Assembly: GCA_050742255.1 (NCBI GenBank)
Contig: JBOGHU010000127.1
Coordinates: 1 to 55,920 of the forward strand
Length of the DNA stretch: 55,920 nucleotides
Direction of reading: 5' to 3'
From: Acidimicrobiales bacterium
GTDB taxonomy: Bacteria; Actinomycetota; Acidimicrobiia; Acidimicrobiales; CADCSY01
Positions 9,042 to 19,032 of this stretch are shown piece after piece; the first letter of the stretch is position 1, and each line of letters starts with the position of its first letter. A program made the position numbers and the translations under genes. A model generated the notes under the pieces. The model saw only the letters and a program-made list of their open reading frames with translations, searched no databases and was not told the origin of the DNA.

Positions 9042-10205
9042 GTGATCGACGCAGGTCGACTCGTGGGCGACCGCCTCGGTGGTGGGGGGGTGGCGCTCGC
9101 CGCCGTGAGCGACGCCGTGCTGGGCATCGCCGGCGACCTCTCGTTGGACGCGGTCCTCCAACGGCTGGTGCACGCGGCCCGCCACCTGGTGGACGCCCGC
9201 TACGCCGCCCTGGGGGTGCCCGACGACGAGGGAACCGGCTTCGCCCGGTTCATCACCGCGGGGATGACCGACGAGCAGATCGAGGCCATCGGCCCGCTGC
9301 CCCGCACCCATGGGCTGCTCGGTGCCATGCTGGCCGACCTCACCCCCTACCGCACCGACGACATCACCACCGACCCCCGCTACTCGTGGTGGCCCCACGC
9401 CCACCCCGCCATGCGGTCGTTCCTCGGGGTGCCGATCGTCTTCAAGGGGGACGTGATCGGCGCCTTCTACCTCACCGACAAGGAGGGGGAGCGGGCCTTC
9501 GACGAGGCCGACGAGGAGCTGGTCGGGGTCCTCGCCGCCCACGCCGCGGTGCTGATCGACCACGCCCATCTGTACGAGCGGAGCCGGGAGCTCAGCATCA
9601 TCGGCGAGCGGGACCGGCTGGCTCGGGAGCTCCACGACGCCATGGCCCAGACCTTGTTCAGCCTCAGGCTCCGTCTCCAGACGGCGGCTGCCCTGGTGCG
9701 CAACGACCTGGGGCGAGCCGAGTCGGAGATGGCCCGGGCCGAGGAGCTGGTCTCGTCGGCCCTGGCCGAGCTGCGGACCCTGGTCTTCGAGCTGCGCCCA
9801 CCCTCCCTCGACGCCGACGGGCTGGTGGCGTCGGTTCGCAAGCACGTCGAGGTCCTGGGACGGGCGTACGGGCTCGAGGTCGTCCTCGAGGCCAGGGGCG
9901 AGGACAGGCTCCCGGCCGCGGTGGAGCCGGCGTTGTTCCGGATCATCCAGGAGGCGCTGACCAACGTGGTGCGCCACGCCTCGGCCCAGTCGGTCACGGT
10001 CTCGATCGAGGCGGGCCCGGCGACCGCCTCGGTGGTGGTTCGTGACGACGGCGTGGGCTTCGACCCCTCGGCCCGGGCCATCAGCGGCCGCCGGCTGGGG
10101 CTTACGTCCATGCGGGAGCGCGCCCAGGCGCTCGGCGGTGTGCTCGGGGTCGAGTCGACGCCCGGAGCCGGCGCCACCGTGCGGGCGGAGGTCCCCCTTG
10201 GCTGA
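9042..10205 (+). CDS. GAF-domain sensor histidine kinase (HisKA_3/NarL-partner type)
   Basis: N-terminal GAF domain. H-box ERDRLARELHDAMAQTLF. HATPase_c (FRIIQEALTNVVRHA ... GLTSMRERAQALGG). Confidence 0.9.
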   Translation: MIDAGRLVGDRLGGGGVALAAVSDAVLGIAGDLSLDAVLQRLVHAARHLVDARYAALGVPDDEGTGFARFITAGMTDEQIEAIGPLPRTHGLLGAMLADLTPYRTDDITTDPRYSWWPHAHPAMRSFLGVPIVFKGDVIGAFYLTDKEGERAFDEADEELVGVLAAHAAVLIDHAHLYERSRELSIIGERDRLARELHDAMAQTLFSLRLRLQTAAALVRNDLGRAESEMARAEELVSSALAELRTLVFELRPPSLDADGLVASVRKHVEVLGRAYGLEVVLEARGEDRLPAAVEPALFRIIQEALTNVVRHASAQSVTVSIEAGPATASVVVRDDGVGFDPSARAISGRRLGLTSMRERAQALGGVLGVESTPGAGATVRAEVPLG

Positions 10206-10209
10206 GGCC

Positions 10210-10854
10210 GTGCCGATCCGGGTCCTGATCGCCGACGACCACCCGGTGGTGCGCCAGGGACTGCGCTCGTTCCTGTCGTCGCGGCCGGGCATCGAGGTGG
10301 TGGGCGAGGCGGGTGACGGGGCCACCGTCGTGGCCCAGGCCGACCGGCTGCGGCCCGATGTGGTGCTCCTCGACCTGGTGATGCCGGGCATCGGCGGGAT
10401 CGAGGCCATCCGCCGCATCCAGGCCGGCGCCGAGCCACCGAAGGTTCTGGTCCTCACCAGCTTCGCCGGGGACGACCAGGTGCTGCCGGCGGTCCGGGCC
10501 GGCGCCGCCGGCTACCTGCTGAAGGACGTGGCCCCAGCCGACCTGGAGGCGGCCATCCGCACCGTGCACGGCGGGGGCGGGCTGCTCGATCCCCAGGTGA
10601 CGCGGGCGGTGATGGCCGACGTCGCCCACGGGGGGCGGGCGGGCGGCCTCGACCAGCTCACCCCCCGGGAGGTGGAGGTGCTGCGCCTGCTCAGCCGGGG
10701 CCTGTCGAACCGGCAGTTGGCCGCCGAGCTGTTCGTCTCCGAGAAGACGGTCAAGACCCACGTCGGCAGCATCCTGGCCAAGCTGCGCCTGGCCGACCGC
10801 ACCCAGGCGGCCCTGTTCGCGGTCCACCACGGCCTCGCCGATCCAAAGACCTAG
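10210..10854 (+). CDS. NarL/LuxR-family response regulator
   Basis: In-frame GTG 10210 (TTG 10198 is an alternative). Receiver domain ([25 protein letters not shown]). C-terminal LuxR HTH ([35 protein letters not shown]). Confidence 0.9.
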   Translation: MPIRVLIADDHPVVRQGLRSFLSSRPGIEVVGEAGDGATVVAQADRLRPDVVLLDLVMPGIGGIEAIRRIQAGAEPPKVLVLTSFAGDDQVLPAVRAGAAGYLLKDVAPADLEAAIRTVHGGGGLLDPQVTRAVMADVAHGGRAGGLDQLTPREVEVLRLLSRGLSNRQLAAELFVSEKTVKTHVGSILAKLRLADRTQAALFAVHHGLADPKT

Positions 10855-10945
10855 GACCTCCGACCGGGACCAGGTCCGACCTGGAGCCGAAACATGCCCA
10901 CCGAGGGGCGCTGCCCACCGCCGGCGGGCATGGAACCGGGCCGGG
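10849..10945. repeat. copy 1 of a roughly 95-nt duplicated segment flanking the DrrAB-like module
   Basis: Starts acctaggacctccgaccggg (20 nt identical to 13198..13217). Roughly 80 percent identity overall by manual alignment. Ends in ggcatggaaccg, matching the SDR start region. Confidence 0.7.
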
Positions 10946-11176
10946 TCGTTGTTGAGCTGTCTCGGAGCGACGAGGAGGCAGGGTGGCACAACCGGCGATC
11001 GAGGCGGTCCCGGCCGGTTTCCGTGCAGTCGACCGGCTCGGTCGGCGTGGATCGCACACAGACGGGTCGGGGGCCCGATGCTCGGGGCGCCCCGAGCTGG
11101 GCGTGCACAACGCCGGCGTCGGCGTCTACGCCGTGCAGACCGACAGGACCACCGATCCCGACACCCGAGGAGCCAG

Positions 11177-12172
11177 ATGACCACGCAAGCAGCTCTCGCG
11201 ATCGAGGCCACCGGCCTGGTCAAGTCCTTCGGCGAGACCCGTGCCGTCGACGGGGTGGACCTGGCCGTGCGCAGCGGCGCTGTCTACGGCGTGCTCGGCC
11301 CCAACGGCGCCGGCAAGACGACGACGATCCGCGTGCTGGCGACGCTGACCCGCCCGGATGCGGGCACGGCGCGCGTCCTTGGACACGACATCGTGGAGGA
11401 GGCCGACGCCGTGCGCGGCGCCGTCAGCCTCACCGGTCAGCTCGCCTCGGTGGACGAGGACCTCACCGGTCGCGAGAACCTGATCCTGCTGGGCCGCCTG
11501 CTGGGGCTGAAGCGGCCGGTGGCCAAGGACCGAGCCGCCGAGCTGCTCGAGGCCTTCGGGCTCTCCACCGCCGCCAGCCGGCTCGTCAAGAACTACTCGG
11601 GCCGGATGCGGCGCAGGCTCGACATCGCTGCGAGCATCGTGGTCACCCCGGAGCTGATGTTCCTCGACGAGCCGACGACCGGACTCGACCCGCGCTCTCG
11701 CAGCCAGGTCTGGGACATCATCCGGGCGCTGGTCGCGGAGGGGACCACGATCTTGCTCTGCACCCAGTACCTGGGGGAGGCGGACCAGCTCGCCGAAGGG
11801 ATCGCCGTCATCGACAACGGCAAGGTGATCGCCGAGGGAACGCCCGGCCAGCTCAAGGCCTCGGTGGGCTCCGGCGCCCTGCACGTGCGTCTGCTCGACC
11901 CCGAGCAGCGACCCGAGGCCGAGCAGGTGCTGAATCGCGAGCTCGGCGCCGTCACCCTGGAGCCTGACCGCGCCGCCCTCTCGGTCGCGTGCTCCGATGC
12001 CGATCTCGGCGCCGGGGCGCTCGCCGAGCTGGCTCGCTCCGGCGTGCGGATCGCCGACTTCTCACTCGGCCAGCCGAGCCTCGACGAGGTCTTCCTGGCC
12101 CTGACCGGCCACCCGGCGCAAGAACTTCCGGCCGAGGACACCGACCCCATCGAGGAGGAGCAACCAGCATGA
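11177..12172 (+). CDS. ABC transporter ATP-binding protein (DrrA/ABC-2 exporter type)
   Basis: ATG 11177 after GAGGAG. Walker [11 protein letters not shown], signature YSGRMRRRL, Walker [13 protein letters not shown]. Confidence 0.9.
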   Translation: MTTQAALAIEATGLVKSFGETRAVDGVDLAVRSGAVYGVLGPNGAGKTTTIRVLATLTRPDAGTARVLGHDIVEEADAVRGAVSLTGQLASVDEDLTGRENLILLGRLLGLKRPVAKDRAAELLEAFGLSTAASRLVKNYSGRMRRRLDIAASIVVTPELMFLDEPTTGLDPRSRSQVWDIIRALVAEGTTILLCTQYLGEADQLAEGIAVIDNGKVIAEGTPGQLKASVGSGALHVRLLDPEQRPEAEQVLNRELGAVTLEPDRAALSVACSDADLGAGALAELARSGVRIADFSLGQPSLDEVFLALTGHPAQELPAEDTDPIEEEQPA

Positions 12173-13017
12173 GCGCCAACGTGACGAGCCAGGTCGCCGT
12201 CGCGCCCGCCGCCGACGAGGCCGCGGTACGTAGGGCGATCTCCTCGACCCCACGCCCGGCCAAGGCCGGGGCGCTCTCGGCTGCGCTCACCTTCGGCTGG
12301 CGAGGGATGCTCAAGGTGAAGCACGTCCCTGAGCAGCTCCTGGACGCGACCATCACCCCGGTGATGTTCGTCCTGATGTTCACCTACCTGTTCGGTGGCG
12401 CGATCGCCGGCTCGGCAGGCGAGTACCTGGACTACATCCTCCCCGGGATCCTGGTGATGTCCGTGCTGTTCACCACCGTCTATTCCGGGGTCGCGCTCAA
12501 CACCGACCTGACCAAGGGCGTCGTCGACCGCTTCCGCTCGCTGCCCATCTGGCGGCCGGCTCCCCTCGTGGGATCACTGCTCGGCGACAGCGTGCGCTAC
12601 CTGCTCTCCGGCAGCGTGATCATCCTTCTCGGCGTGATCCTCGGCTACCGCCCGGGTGCCGGCGTCGGCGGTGCGCTCGCGGCCCTGGCTCTGGTGGTGA
12701 CCTTCGCCTTCGGCCTCTCCTGGGTCTTCACGACGATCGGGCTGCTGATGCGCTCGCCGAGCGCAGTGATGAACGCGGGCTTCATGGCGATCTTCCCTCT
12801 CACGTTCCTCTCCAACGTCTTCGTCGACCCCGACACGCTGCCGGCGGGGCTCGAGGCCTTCGTCGACGTCAACCCGATCTCCATCCTGGCCACCGCTTCA
12901 CGGGGGTTGATGGAGGGGAACGCCGATGCCGGCGACCTCGGCGCCGTACTGGCGGTGGCGGCGGCCCTGACCATCGTGTTCGCGCCGCTGACGACGCGCC
13001 TGTACCGCAGGGGCTGA
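12169..13017 (+). CDS. ABC-2 type transporter permease (DrrB-like)
   Basis: ATGA overlap with the ATPase gene. Six-TM ABC-2 pattern. Confidence 0.85.
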   Translation: MSANVTSQVAVAPAADEAAVRRAISSTPRPAKAGALSAALTFGWRGMLKVKHVPEQLLDATITPVMFVLMFTYLFGGAIAGSAGEYLDYILPGILVMSVLFTTVYSGVALNTDLTKGVVDRFRSLPIWRPAPLVGSLLGDSVRYLLSGSVIILLGVILGYRPGAGVGGALAALALVVTFAFGLSWVFTTIGLLMRSPSAVMNAGFMAIFPLTFLSNVFVDPDTLPAGLEAFVDVNPISILATASRGLMEGNADAGDLGAVLAVAAALTIVFAPLTTRLYRRG

Positions 13018-13197
13018 CTCGACTCCGAGACGATCGCACGACAGCGGGCCGAGGCGGCTCGCCCGCACGGCAAGCCCAACCGCGGCTCCCACCGATGTGG
13101 GCAAGGGCCCGACCTCGATGGACCGGCCCTCACGGGCCTCCCTCAGGGATGATCCCGACGCCGCCCCCCGGACCAGCAGGGACGAGGGGTCGGGGAT

Positions 13198-13290
13198 ACC
13201 TAGGACCTCCGACCGGGGCAGGATCCGACCTGGAGCCGATGTGGCCACCGAGGGCGGTCCCTACCGTTGGCAGGCATGGAACCGAAGCGG
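13198..13290. repeat. copy 2 of the duplicated segment (includes the SDR start codon)
   Basis: See copy 1. Both copies carry two TCCGACC heptamers separated by 9 nt. Confidence 0.7.
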
Positions 13291-13980
13291 ACCGCCCTCA
13301 TCACCGGCGCCTCCCGGGGCCTGGGCCTGGCCCTGGCCCGTAGCCTGGCCACCGGCGGGTGGCGCCTGGTGATCGACGCCAGGGAGCCGTCCGCCCTGGT
13401 GGCGGCGGCCTCCGAGCTGGGCGAGCGGACGGTCGTGCGGGTCGTGCCCGGCGACGTGGCCGACGAGGCTCACCGTCGGGCCCTCGTGCAGGCGGCGGGG
13501 GAGTGGGGGCGCCTCGACCTGGTCGTGCACAACGCCAGCGTCCTCGGCCCCAGCCCCCAGCCCCGGCTGCTCGACTACCCGCTGACGGCGCTCGAGGACG
13601 TCTACGCCGTCAACGTGCTGGCGCCGGTGCGGATCACCCAGCTGGCGCGTCCGCTGCTCGGGCCCGGCGCCTGCCTGATCTTCGTCACCTCCGACGCCGC
13701 GGTGGAGGCCTACCAGGGCTGGGGCGGCTACGGATCCTCCAAGGCCGCCCTCGAGCAGGCGGCGGCGGTGCTGGCCGTCGAGCACCCCGAGCTGCGGGTC
13801 TACCGGGTCGACCCCGGTGACATGAGGACCCGCATGCACCAGGAGGCCTTCCCCGGCGAGGACATCTCCGACCGGCCCCCGCCCGAGACCAGCGTACCGG
13901 GGCTGCTCGCCCTCATCGAGGGCGAGCTTCCCAGCGGCCGCTTCCGGGCCCGGGCCCCGAGCTCGGTGGCGGCGCCGTGA
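13276..13980 (+). CDS. SDR family oxidoreductase
   Basis: TGASRGLG cofactor motif, NAS, YGSSK catalytic motif. ATG 13276 (TTG 13267 is an alternative). Confidence 0.85.
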   Translation: MEPKRTALITGASRGLGLALARSLATGGWRLVIDAREPSALVAAASELGERTVVRVVPGDVADEAHRRALVQAAGEWGRLDLVVHNASVLGPSPQPRLLDYPLTALEDVYAVNVLAPVRITQLARPLLGPGACLIFVTSDAAVEAYQGWGGYGSSKAALEQAAAVLAVEHPELRVYRVDPGDMRTRMHQEAFPGEDISDRPPPETSVPGLLALIEGELPSGRFRARAPSSVAAP

Positions 13981-15050
13981 CCACCCTGGCCAGCCCCACG
14001 GGCGCGCCGCTCGCCTTCGAGGTGCCGGACGAGCTGATCGCCACCGCCCCGATAGAGTCCACCGGCCGCCGACGCGACCAGGCCCGCCTGCTGGTCGCCT
14101 CGAGGTCCGACGAGACCCTGGTCGACACCGTCTTCGCCGACCTGCCCCGCTTCCTCCGGCCCGGCGACGTGCTGGTGGTCAACACCTCGGCCACCCTCCC
14201 CGCCGCCGTCCCCTCCGGGGAGGGTCTGGTCCTCCACCTCTCGACGGAGCTGCCGGGCGGGCTGTGGCTGGTCGAGCTGCGCCGCCCCTGTGGCGCCGGG
14301 AGCCGGCCGTTCCTCGAGGGGCAGCCGGGTGCGGCCGTGGCGCTGGCAGGTGGCGGCCGGGCCGAGCTGCTGGTGCCGTTCCCCGCCGGGACCGCGGCGT
14401 CCGCCACCCGGGCTGGGGTCCGCCTCTGGCTGGCCACCCTCCGCTTCCCCACCCCCGTGCCCGCGTACCTGGCCGAGTAGGGCCGGCCCGTCCGCTACGG
14501 GTGTGGGGACACGTCGTGGCCGCTGTCGGCCTACCAGACCGTCTTCGCCGCCGATCCGGGCAGCGCCGAGATGCCCTCCGCCGCTCGGGCCTTCACCCCC
14601 GACCTGGTGACCACGCTGGTGGCCGCGGGCGTGGTCTTCGCGCCGATCGTGCTCCACGCCGGGCTGTCGTCACCCGAGACCGGTGAGCCACCTGCCCCGG
14701 AACGGTACCGGGTCCCGGCCACGTCGGCGGCGCTGGTGAACGCCGCCCGGGCCGGAGGCCACCGGGTCATCGCGGTCGGCACCACGACCACCCGGGCCCT
14801 CGAGACGGTGGCGGGTGCTGGCGGCGAGGTCCACCCCGGCGAGGGCTGGAGTGACCTGGTCATCTCCCCGGACCGGCCACCCCGCGCCGTGGACGGCCTC
14901 CTCACCGGTTGGCACGAGCCGGCGGCCTCGCACCTCCAGCTGGTGGAGGCGGTCGCGGGGCGAGTGACGCTAGAGCGCAGCTACGCCGCCGCCCTGGTCC
15001 ACCGCCACCGCTGGCACGAGTTCGGCGACCTCCACCTGGTGCTGCCGTGA
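13977..15050 (+). pseudogene. QueA-like S-adenosylmethionine:tRNA ribosyltransferase-isomerase family gene interrupted by an in-frame TAG (14478..14480)
   Basis: ORFs 13977..14480 and 14571..15050 share one frame. The sequence reads ...PAYLAE*GRPVRYGCGDTSWPLSAYQTVFAADPGSAEMPSAARAFT...VGTTTTRALE, colinear with QueA-like proteins. GTGA coupling to the SDR gene. Confidence 0.6.
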
Positions 15051-15234
15051 CCCGCCACCCGCGCCGCCGCGCCACCGCTGGTTAGCGCGCGGTCCACCCG
15101 TCCCTGCTCGGATCGGGCGCACACAAAGTGGCGCTGGGGGGCTTCCCACCCTCGGGGTAGGGAAGGATCGTCGGCCGGGCCGGGGTTGGGACCAGGGACG
15201 ACCGCCACGAGGCTTTGGAGAGCGAGGAGGCCCC

Positions 15235-16632
15235 ATGGGCCAGGACTACGACGTCATCGTCATCGGCGGGGGATCGGCGGGGGAGAACGCCGCCGACTAC
15301 GCCCACCGCGGTGGCCTCTCGGTGGCGCTGGTCGAGCGGGACCTGGTAGGGGGCGAGTGCTCGTACTGGGCGTGCATGCCCAGCAAGGCGCTGCTGCGAC
15401 CGGGCGAGGCGGTGGCGGCGGCCCGGCGGGTCCCCGGCGCCGCCGCTGCGGTCGTCGGCTCCCTCGACGTCGACGAGGTCCTGGCGTCCCGTGACGGCTT
15501 CGCCAGCCACTGGGACGACCAGGCCCAGGCCGACTGGGTGGCCGGTGCGGGGATCGACCTGCTCCGCGGCCACGGGCGCATCACCGGCGAGCGGACCGTC
15601 GAGGTCGAGGGCTCCGGCGGCACCGCCACCCTGGTGGCCCGGCGGGCGGTGGTGGTGGCCACCGGCTCGACGGCGGCGGTGCCGCCGGTGGAGGGCCTGG
15701 CCGACATCGCCGCCTGGGACAGCCGGGCCGTCACCACCGCCAAGGCGGTGCCCCGCCGGCTGGTGATCCTGGGCGGGGGCGTGGTGGGCGCGGAGATGGC
15801 CCAGGCCTGGCGGCGGCTGGGCTCGGAGGAGGTGACCGTGGTCGAGATGGCCGACCGGCTCCTGCCCAACGAGGAGCCCTTCGTCGGGGAGGAGCTGGCG
15901 GCGGCGTTCGGGGACGAGGGGATCGCGGTGGTGGTCGGGGCCCAGGCGGTGAAGGCGGCCCGCGAGGGGCCCGCCGCGCCGGTCACCCTGGCCCTGGCCG
16001 ACGGCACCGAGCTGGTCGCTGACGAGCTCCTGGTGGCGGTGGGACGGCGGCCGGTGACCACCGACCTGGGGCTCGAGACGGTCGGGCTGGAACCCGGCGG
16101 GGTGCTCGCCGTGGACGACCGCCTGGAGGTGGTGGACGCGCCCGGGGGGTGGCTGTACGCGGTGGGCGACGTCAACGGGCGGGCGCTCCTCACCCACCAG
16201 GGGAAGTACCAGGGCCGGGTGGTGGGCGAGGTCATCGCCGGCGGGGAGATCACCGCCTGGGCCGACCACCGGGCCCTTCCCCGGGTGGCCTTCACCGATC
16301 CCAACGTGGCGGCGGTGGGCCTGACGAAGCGCCAGGCCGCAGATGCCGGGCTGGACGTGCGCACCGTCTCCTACGACGTGGGCGCCACCGCCGCCGGTGC
16401 CCTCCACGGCCGGGGGGTGGGGGGCACCGCCCAGCTGGTGGTCGACCGGGCCCGCCAGGTCGTGGTGGGCGCCACCTTCGTGGGCCCGGGGGCGGGGGAG
16501 CTGCTCCACGCCGCCACCGTGGCGGTGGTGGGCGAGGTGACCATCGGCCGCCTCCGCCACGCCGTGCCCGCCTTCCCCACCATGAGCGAGGTGTGGCTGC
16601 GCCTGGTGGAGGCGTACCGCGGGGCCACCTGA
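15235..16632 (+). CDS. FAD-dependent pyridine nucleotide-disulfide oxidoreductase (dihydrolipoamide dehydrogenase/mycothione reductase-like)
   Basis: DVIVIGGGSAG FAD motif. Redox-active GGECSYWACMPSK (CxxxxC). Second Rossmann fold ILGGGVVGAEMA. Dimerisation domain. Confidence 0.9.
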   Translation: MGQDYDVIVIGGGSAGENAADYAHRGGLSVALVERDLVGGECSYWACMPSKALLRPGEAVAAARRVPGAAAAVVGSLDVDEVLASRDGFASHWDDQAQADWVAGAGIDLLRGHGRITGERTVEVEGSGGTATLVARRAVVVATGSTAAVPPVEGLADIAAWDSRAVTTAKAVPRRLVILGGGVVGAEMAQAWRRLGSEEVTVVEMADRLLPNEEPFVGEELAAAFGDEGIAVVVGAQAVKAAREGPAAPVTLALADGTELVADELLVAVGRRPVTTDLGLETVGLEPGGVLAVDDRLEVVDAPGGWLYAVGDVNGRALLTHQGKYQGRVVGEVIAGGEITAWADHRALPRVAFTDPNVAAVGLTKRQAADAGLDVRTVSYDVGATAAGALHGRGVGGTAQLVVDRARQVVVGATFVGPGAGELLHAATVAVVGEVTIGRLRHAVPAFPTMSEVWLRLVEAYRGAT

Positions 16633-16692
16633 GCCGGCCAGCGCCGGGGGCGCCGGGCGCGGGGCCACCGCTCCGGCTGCCACCATGGCGGC

Positions 16693-18225
16693 ATGGCCGA
16701 GGTGACGGTGGAGACGACCAGCGGTGCCCTCCGGGGCACCGTCGAGGACGGCGTGTGCCACTTCAGGGGCATCCCCTACGCCCAGGCTCCGGTGGGCGTC
16801 CGGCGGTTCCGCCCGCCGGTGCCGGTGGAGCCCTGGACCGGGGTGCGCCCGGCCATGAGCCCCGCACCCATCGCCGTCCAGCTCCCGTCCCCGCTCGACC
16901 AGATGGTGGCCCCGGCCACCGGGCTCACCCTCAGCGAGGACTGCCTGGCCCTCGACGTCATGACCCCGGGCCCCGACGGAGGCCCCCGGCCGGTGCTGGT
17001 GTGGATCCACGGGGGCGCCTTCCTCAACGGCTCCGGCTCCAGCCCGTGGTACGACGGCTCCTCCCTCGCCCGCCGGGGCGACGTGGTGGTGGTGTCGATC
17101 AACTACCGCTTGGGCGCCTTCGGCTTCCTCCACCTGGCTGACCTCTCGGGCGACGAGGGCTACGCCGGCAGCGGCAACGCCGGCCTCCTCGACCAGCTGG
17201 CCGCCCTGGCGTGGGTGGGGGAGAACATCGCCGCCTTCGGCGGGGACCCCGGCAACGTCACCGTGTTCGGGGAGTCGGCGGGGGCCATGAGCATCGGCGC
17301 CCTCCTGGGCGCGCCCGCCGCCCGAGGCCGGTTCCGGCGGGCCATCGTCCAGAGCGGGGCGGCCAGCAACGTCCACGACCGTGACCGGGCCACCGCGGTG
17401 GCCCGCCAGGTGCTCGACGCCCTGGGGCTGGGGCCCGGGGATGCGGACCGGCTCCAGGACGTGCCCGCCGACGACCTGCTGGCGGCCCAGGGCTCGGTGG
17501 CGGCACGGGCCAGCATCGCCGGGCTGGCCTTCCAGCCGGTGGTGGACGGCACGGTCCTGCCCGCCGAACCGCTGGAGGCGGTCGCCGCCGGCCAGGCCGG
17601 CGACGTCAACCTGCTGGCCGGCACCAACCGGGACGAGATGCGGCTCTTCGTGGCCCTCGAGCCGGCTCTGGCCGACATCGACCACGCCGGCCTCGCCGCC
17701 CGCCTGGCCGAGATCTTCGGGCCCGGCGCCGCCGAGCAGGCCCTGGCCACCTACCAGCGGGGCCGGGACGGCAAGGGGGCCGGCGAGGTGTGGACGGCGG
17801 TGCTCTCCGACTGGGTCTTCCGGGTGCCTGCCGTTCGCCTGGTCGAGCGGCAGGCGGTCCACCAGCCCCGGACCTACCTCTACCTGTTCACCTGGGCCAG
17901 CGCCGCCTTCGGGGGCCGCATGGGTTCCTGCCACGCCCTCGAGATCCCCTTCGTGTTCAACACCGTGGACCGCCCCGAGGTCCAGCTCTTCACCGGTCCC
18001 CTGACCGAGGAGATCGCCACCCTGGCCCGGGCCGTGCAGGACGCCTGGATCAGCTTCGCCCGCCACGGCCGCCCCGGCCACCCCGCGCTCCCGCCCTGGC
18101 CGGCGTACGACCCCGCCACCCGCCTCACCATGCTCCTGGGCGACCGCTGCGCGGTGGCGGCCGACCCCGGGGGGGCGGAGCTGTGCCTGTGGGACCACCG
18201 GGCGCCCCCCGACAGGGAGCCCTAG
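16693..18225 (+). CDS. carboxylesterase type B (para-nitrobenzyl esterase-like)
   Basis: FRGIPYAQAPVG, VWIHGGAF, nucleophile elbow FGESAGA. Confidence 0.92.
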   Translation: MAEVTVETTSGALRGTVEDGVCHFRGIPYAQAPVGVRRFRPPVPVEPWTGVRPAMSPAPIAVQLPSPLDQMVAPATGLTLSEDCLALDVMTPGPDGGPRPVLVWIHGGAFLNGSGSSPWYDGSSLARRGDVVVVSINYRLGAFGFLHLADLSGDEGYAGSGNAGLLDQLAALAWVGENIAAFGGDPGNVTVFGESAGAMSIGALLGAPAARGRFRRAIVQSGAASNVHDRDRATAVARQVLDALGLGPGDADRLQDVPADDLLAAQGSVAARASIAGLAFQPVVDGTVLPAEPLEAVAAGQAGDVNLLAGTNRDEMRLFVALEPALADIDHAGLAARLAEIFGPGAAEQALATYQRGRDGKGAGEVWTAVLSDWVFRVPAVRLVERQAVHQPRTYLYLFTWASAAFGGRMGSCHALEIPFVFNTVDRPEVQLFTGPLTEEIATLARAVQDAWISFARHGRPGHPALPPWPAYDPATRLTMLLGDRCAVAADPGGAELCLWDHRAPPDREP

Positions 18226-18420
18226 CCACGCCGGCCCCGGGGGATGGTGCCCGATGACCCCGAGGTCACGGCGGTGGCGACGGTTCAGCGGAGGGACGGG
18301 CCCGACGCCTCCTCCATCTGGCCTCGAGGGCCCGTGGGGGGAGCAGGCCATCGACCACGCTCCGGTAGGCCTCTCGCTGCCGTGCCCACCGGTACGGCTC
18401 TGCCACCTCGGGGCCGGCGC

Positions 18421-19003
18421 GTGGCCTCGGAGTGGCACGGGGACGACGGCAGCCGGTTCCTCCCCTACGACCCCGGCGAGGTGATCCGGAGCTTCTGGAG
18501 CGAGGGGTACCACCAGGTGATCGGTCCGGGCCTCCTGGCACCAGCCAAGAAGGTCGCCACGGCTCGACTACGACTCCTCCTACCCCGACACCGACCCCTT
18601 CGAGCCGCAGTCGGGCGGGTGCTGCAGCGTGCTGCCGTACCTGAACCGAGACACCGTCGAGCTGCCGATCACCCTGGTCCAGGACCACACGCTGTTCGTC
18701 ATCCTCGGCCACTCGGATGGGCGCCTGTGGATGGAGAAGGCGGACCATGTGAGGGGCCGGGGTGGCATGGCGCTGGTGATCACCCATCCCGACTACGTTT
18801 CCCACGAGGGCCTGCTCGACGCCTACCGGGCGCTGCTGGGAGGGTTCCGGGAAGATCCAGGTGCATGGCGGGCACTGCCGCGGGAGGTGAGCGCCTGGTG
18901 GCGGCGTCGTTCCGCCTCCCGCCTCGAGCCCACGGCGAGGGGCTGGCGGATCGTGGGGCCGGCGGCGAGCGAGGCGAGCGTCGTCTACAGCTCGCCGCGC
19001 TGA
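18421..19003 (+). pseudogene. 5'-truncated, frameshifted relic of a polysaccharide-deacetylase-family gene
   Basis: Frame of 18629..19003, open back to about 18520, reads ...LDYDSSYPDTDPFEPQSGGCCSVLPYLNRDTVELPITLVQDHTLF...MALVITHPDY. Weaker matching sequence (WHGDDGSRF...) sits in another frame upstream. There is no room for the N-terminal catalytic half before the esterase gene. Confidence 0.5.
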
Positions 19004-19032
19004 TCAGGGCGGCGGGAGGGAGCGGGGCCTGC

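Noticed and set aside
10894-11967. 357-aa plus-strand ORF overlapping the drrA-like gene in another frame. It begins within repeat copy 1, and its internal codon M13 corresponds to the duplicated SDR start (ATGGAACCG).
   Set aside because: The translation is Arg/Pro/Gly-rich with no motifs. The overlapping frame starting at 11177 has complete ABC ATPase motifs. The ATG is explained by the duplicated segment.
14478-14480. TAG in the QueA-like gene read as pyrrolysine or another programmed recoding.
   Set aside because: No pyl genes or PYLIS-like context are visible, and pyrrolysine is not expected in this lineage. A nonsense mutation or sequencing error is more parsimonious.
15082-18513. 1143-aa ORF on the minus strand, the longest ORF in the track.
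   Set aside because: It is antisense to two well-supported genes, the disulfide oxidoreductase and the carboxylesterase. Its composition is dominated by G/R/P/A/H, with no recognisable motifs. This is a typical stop-free antisense frame in high-GC DNA.
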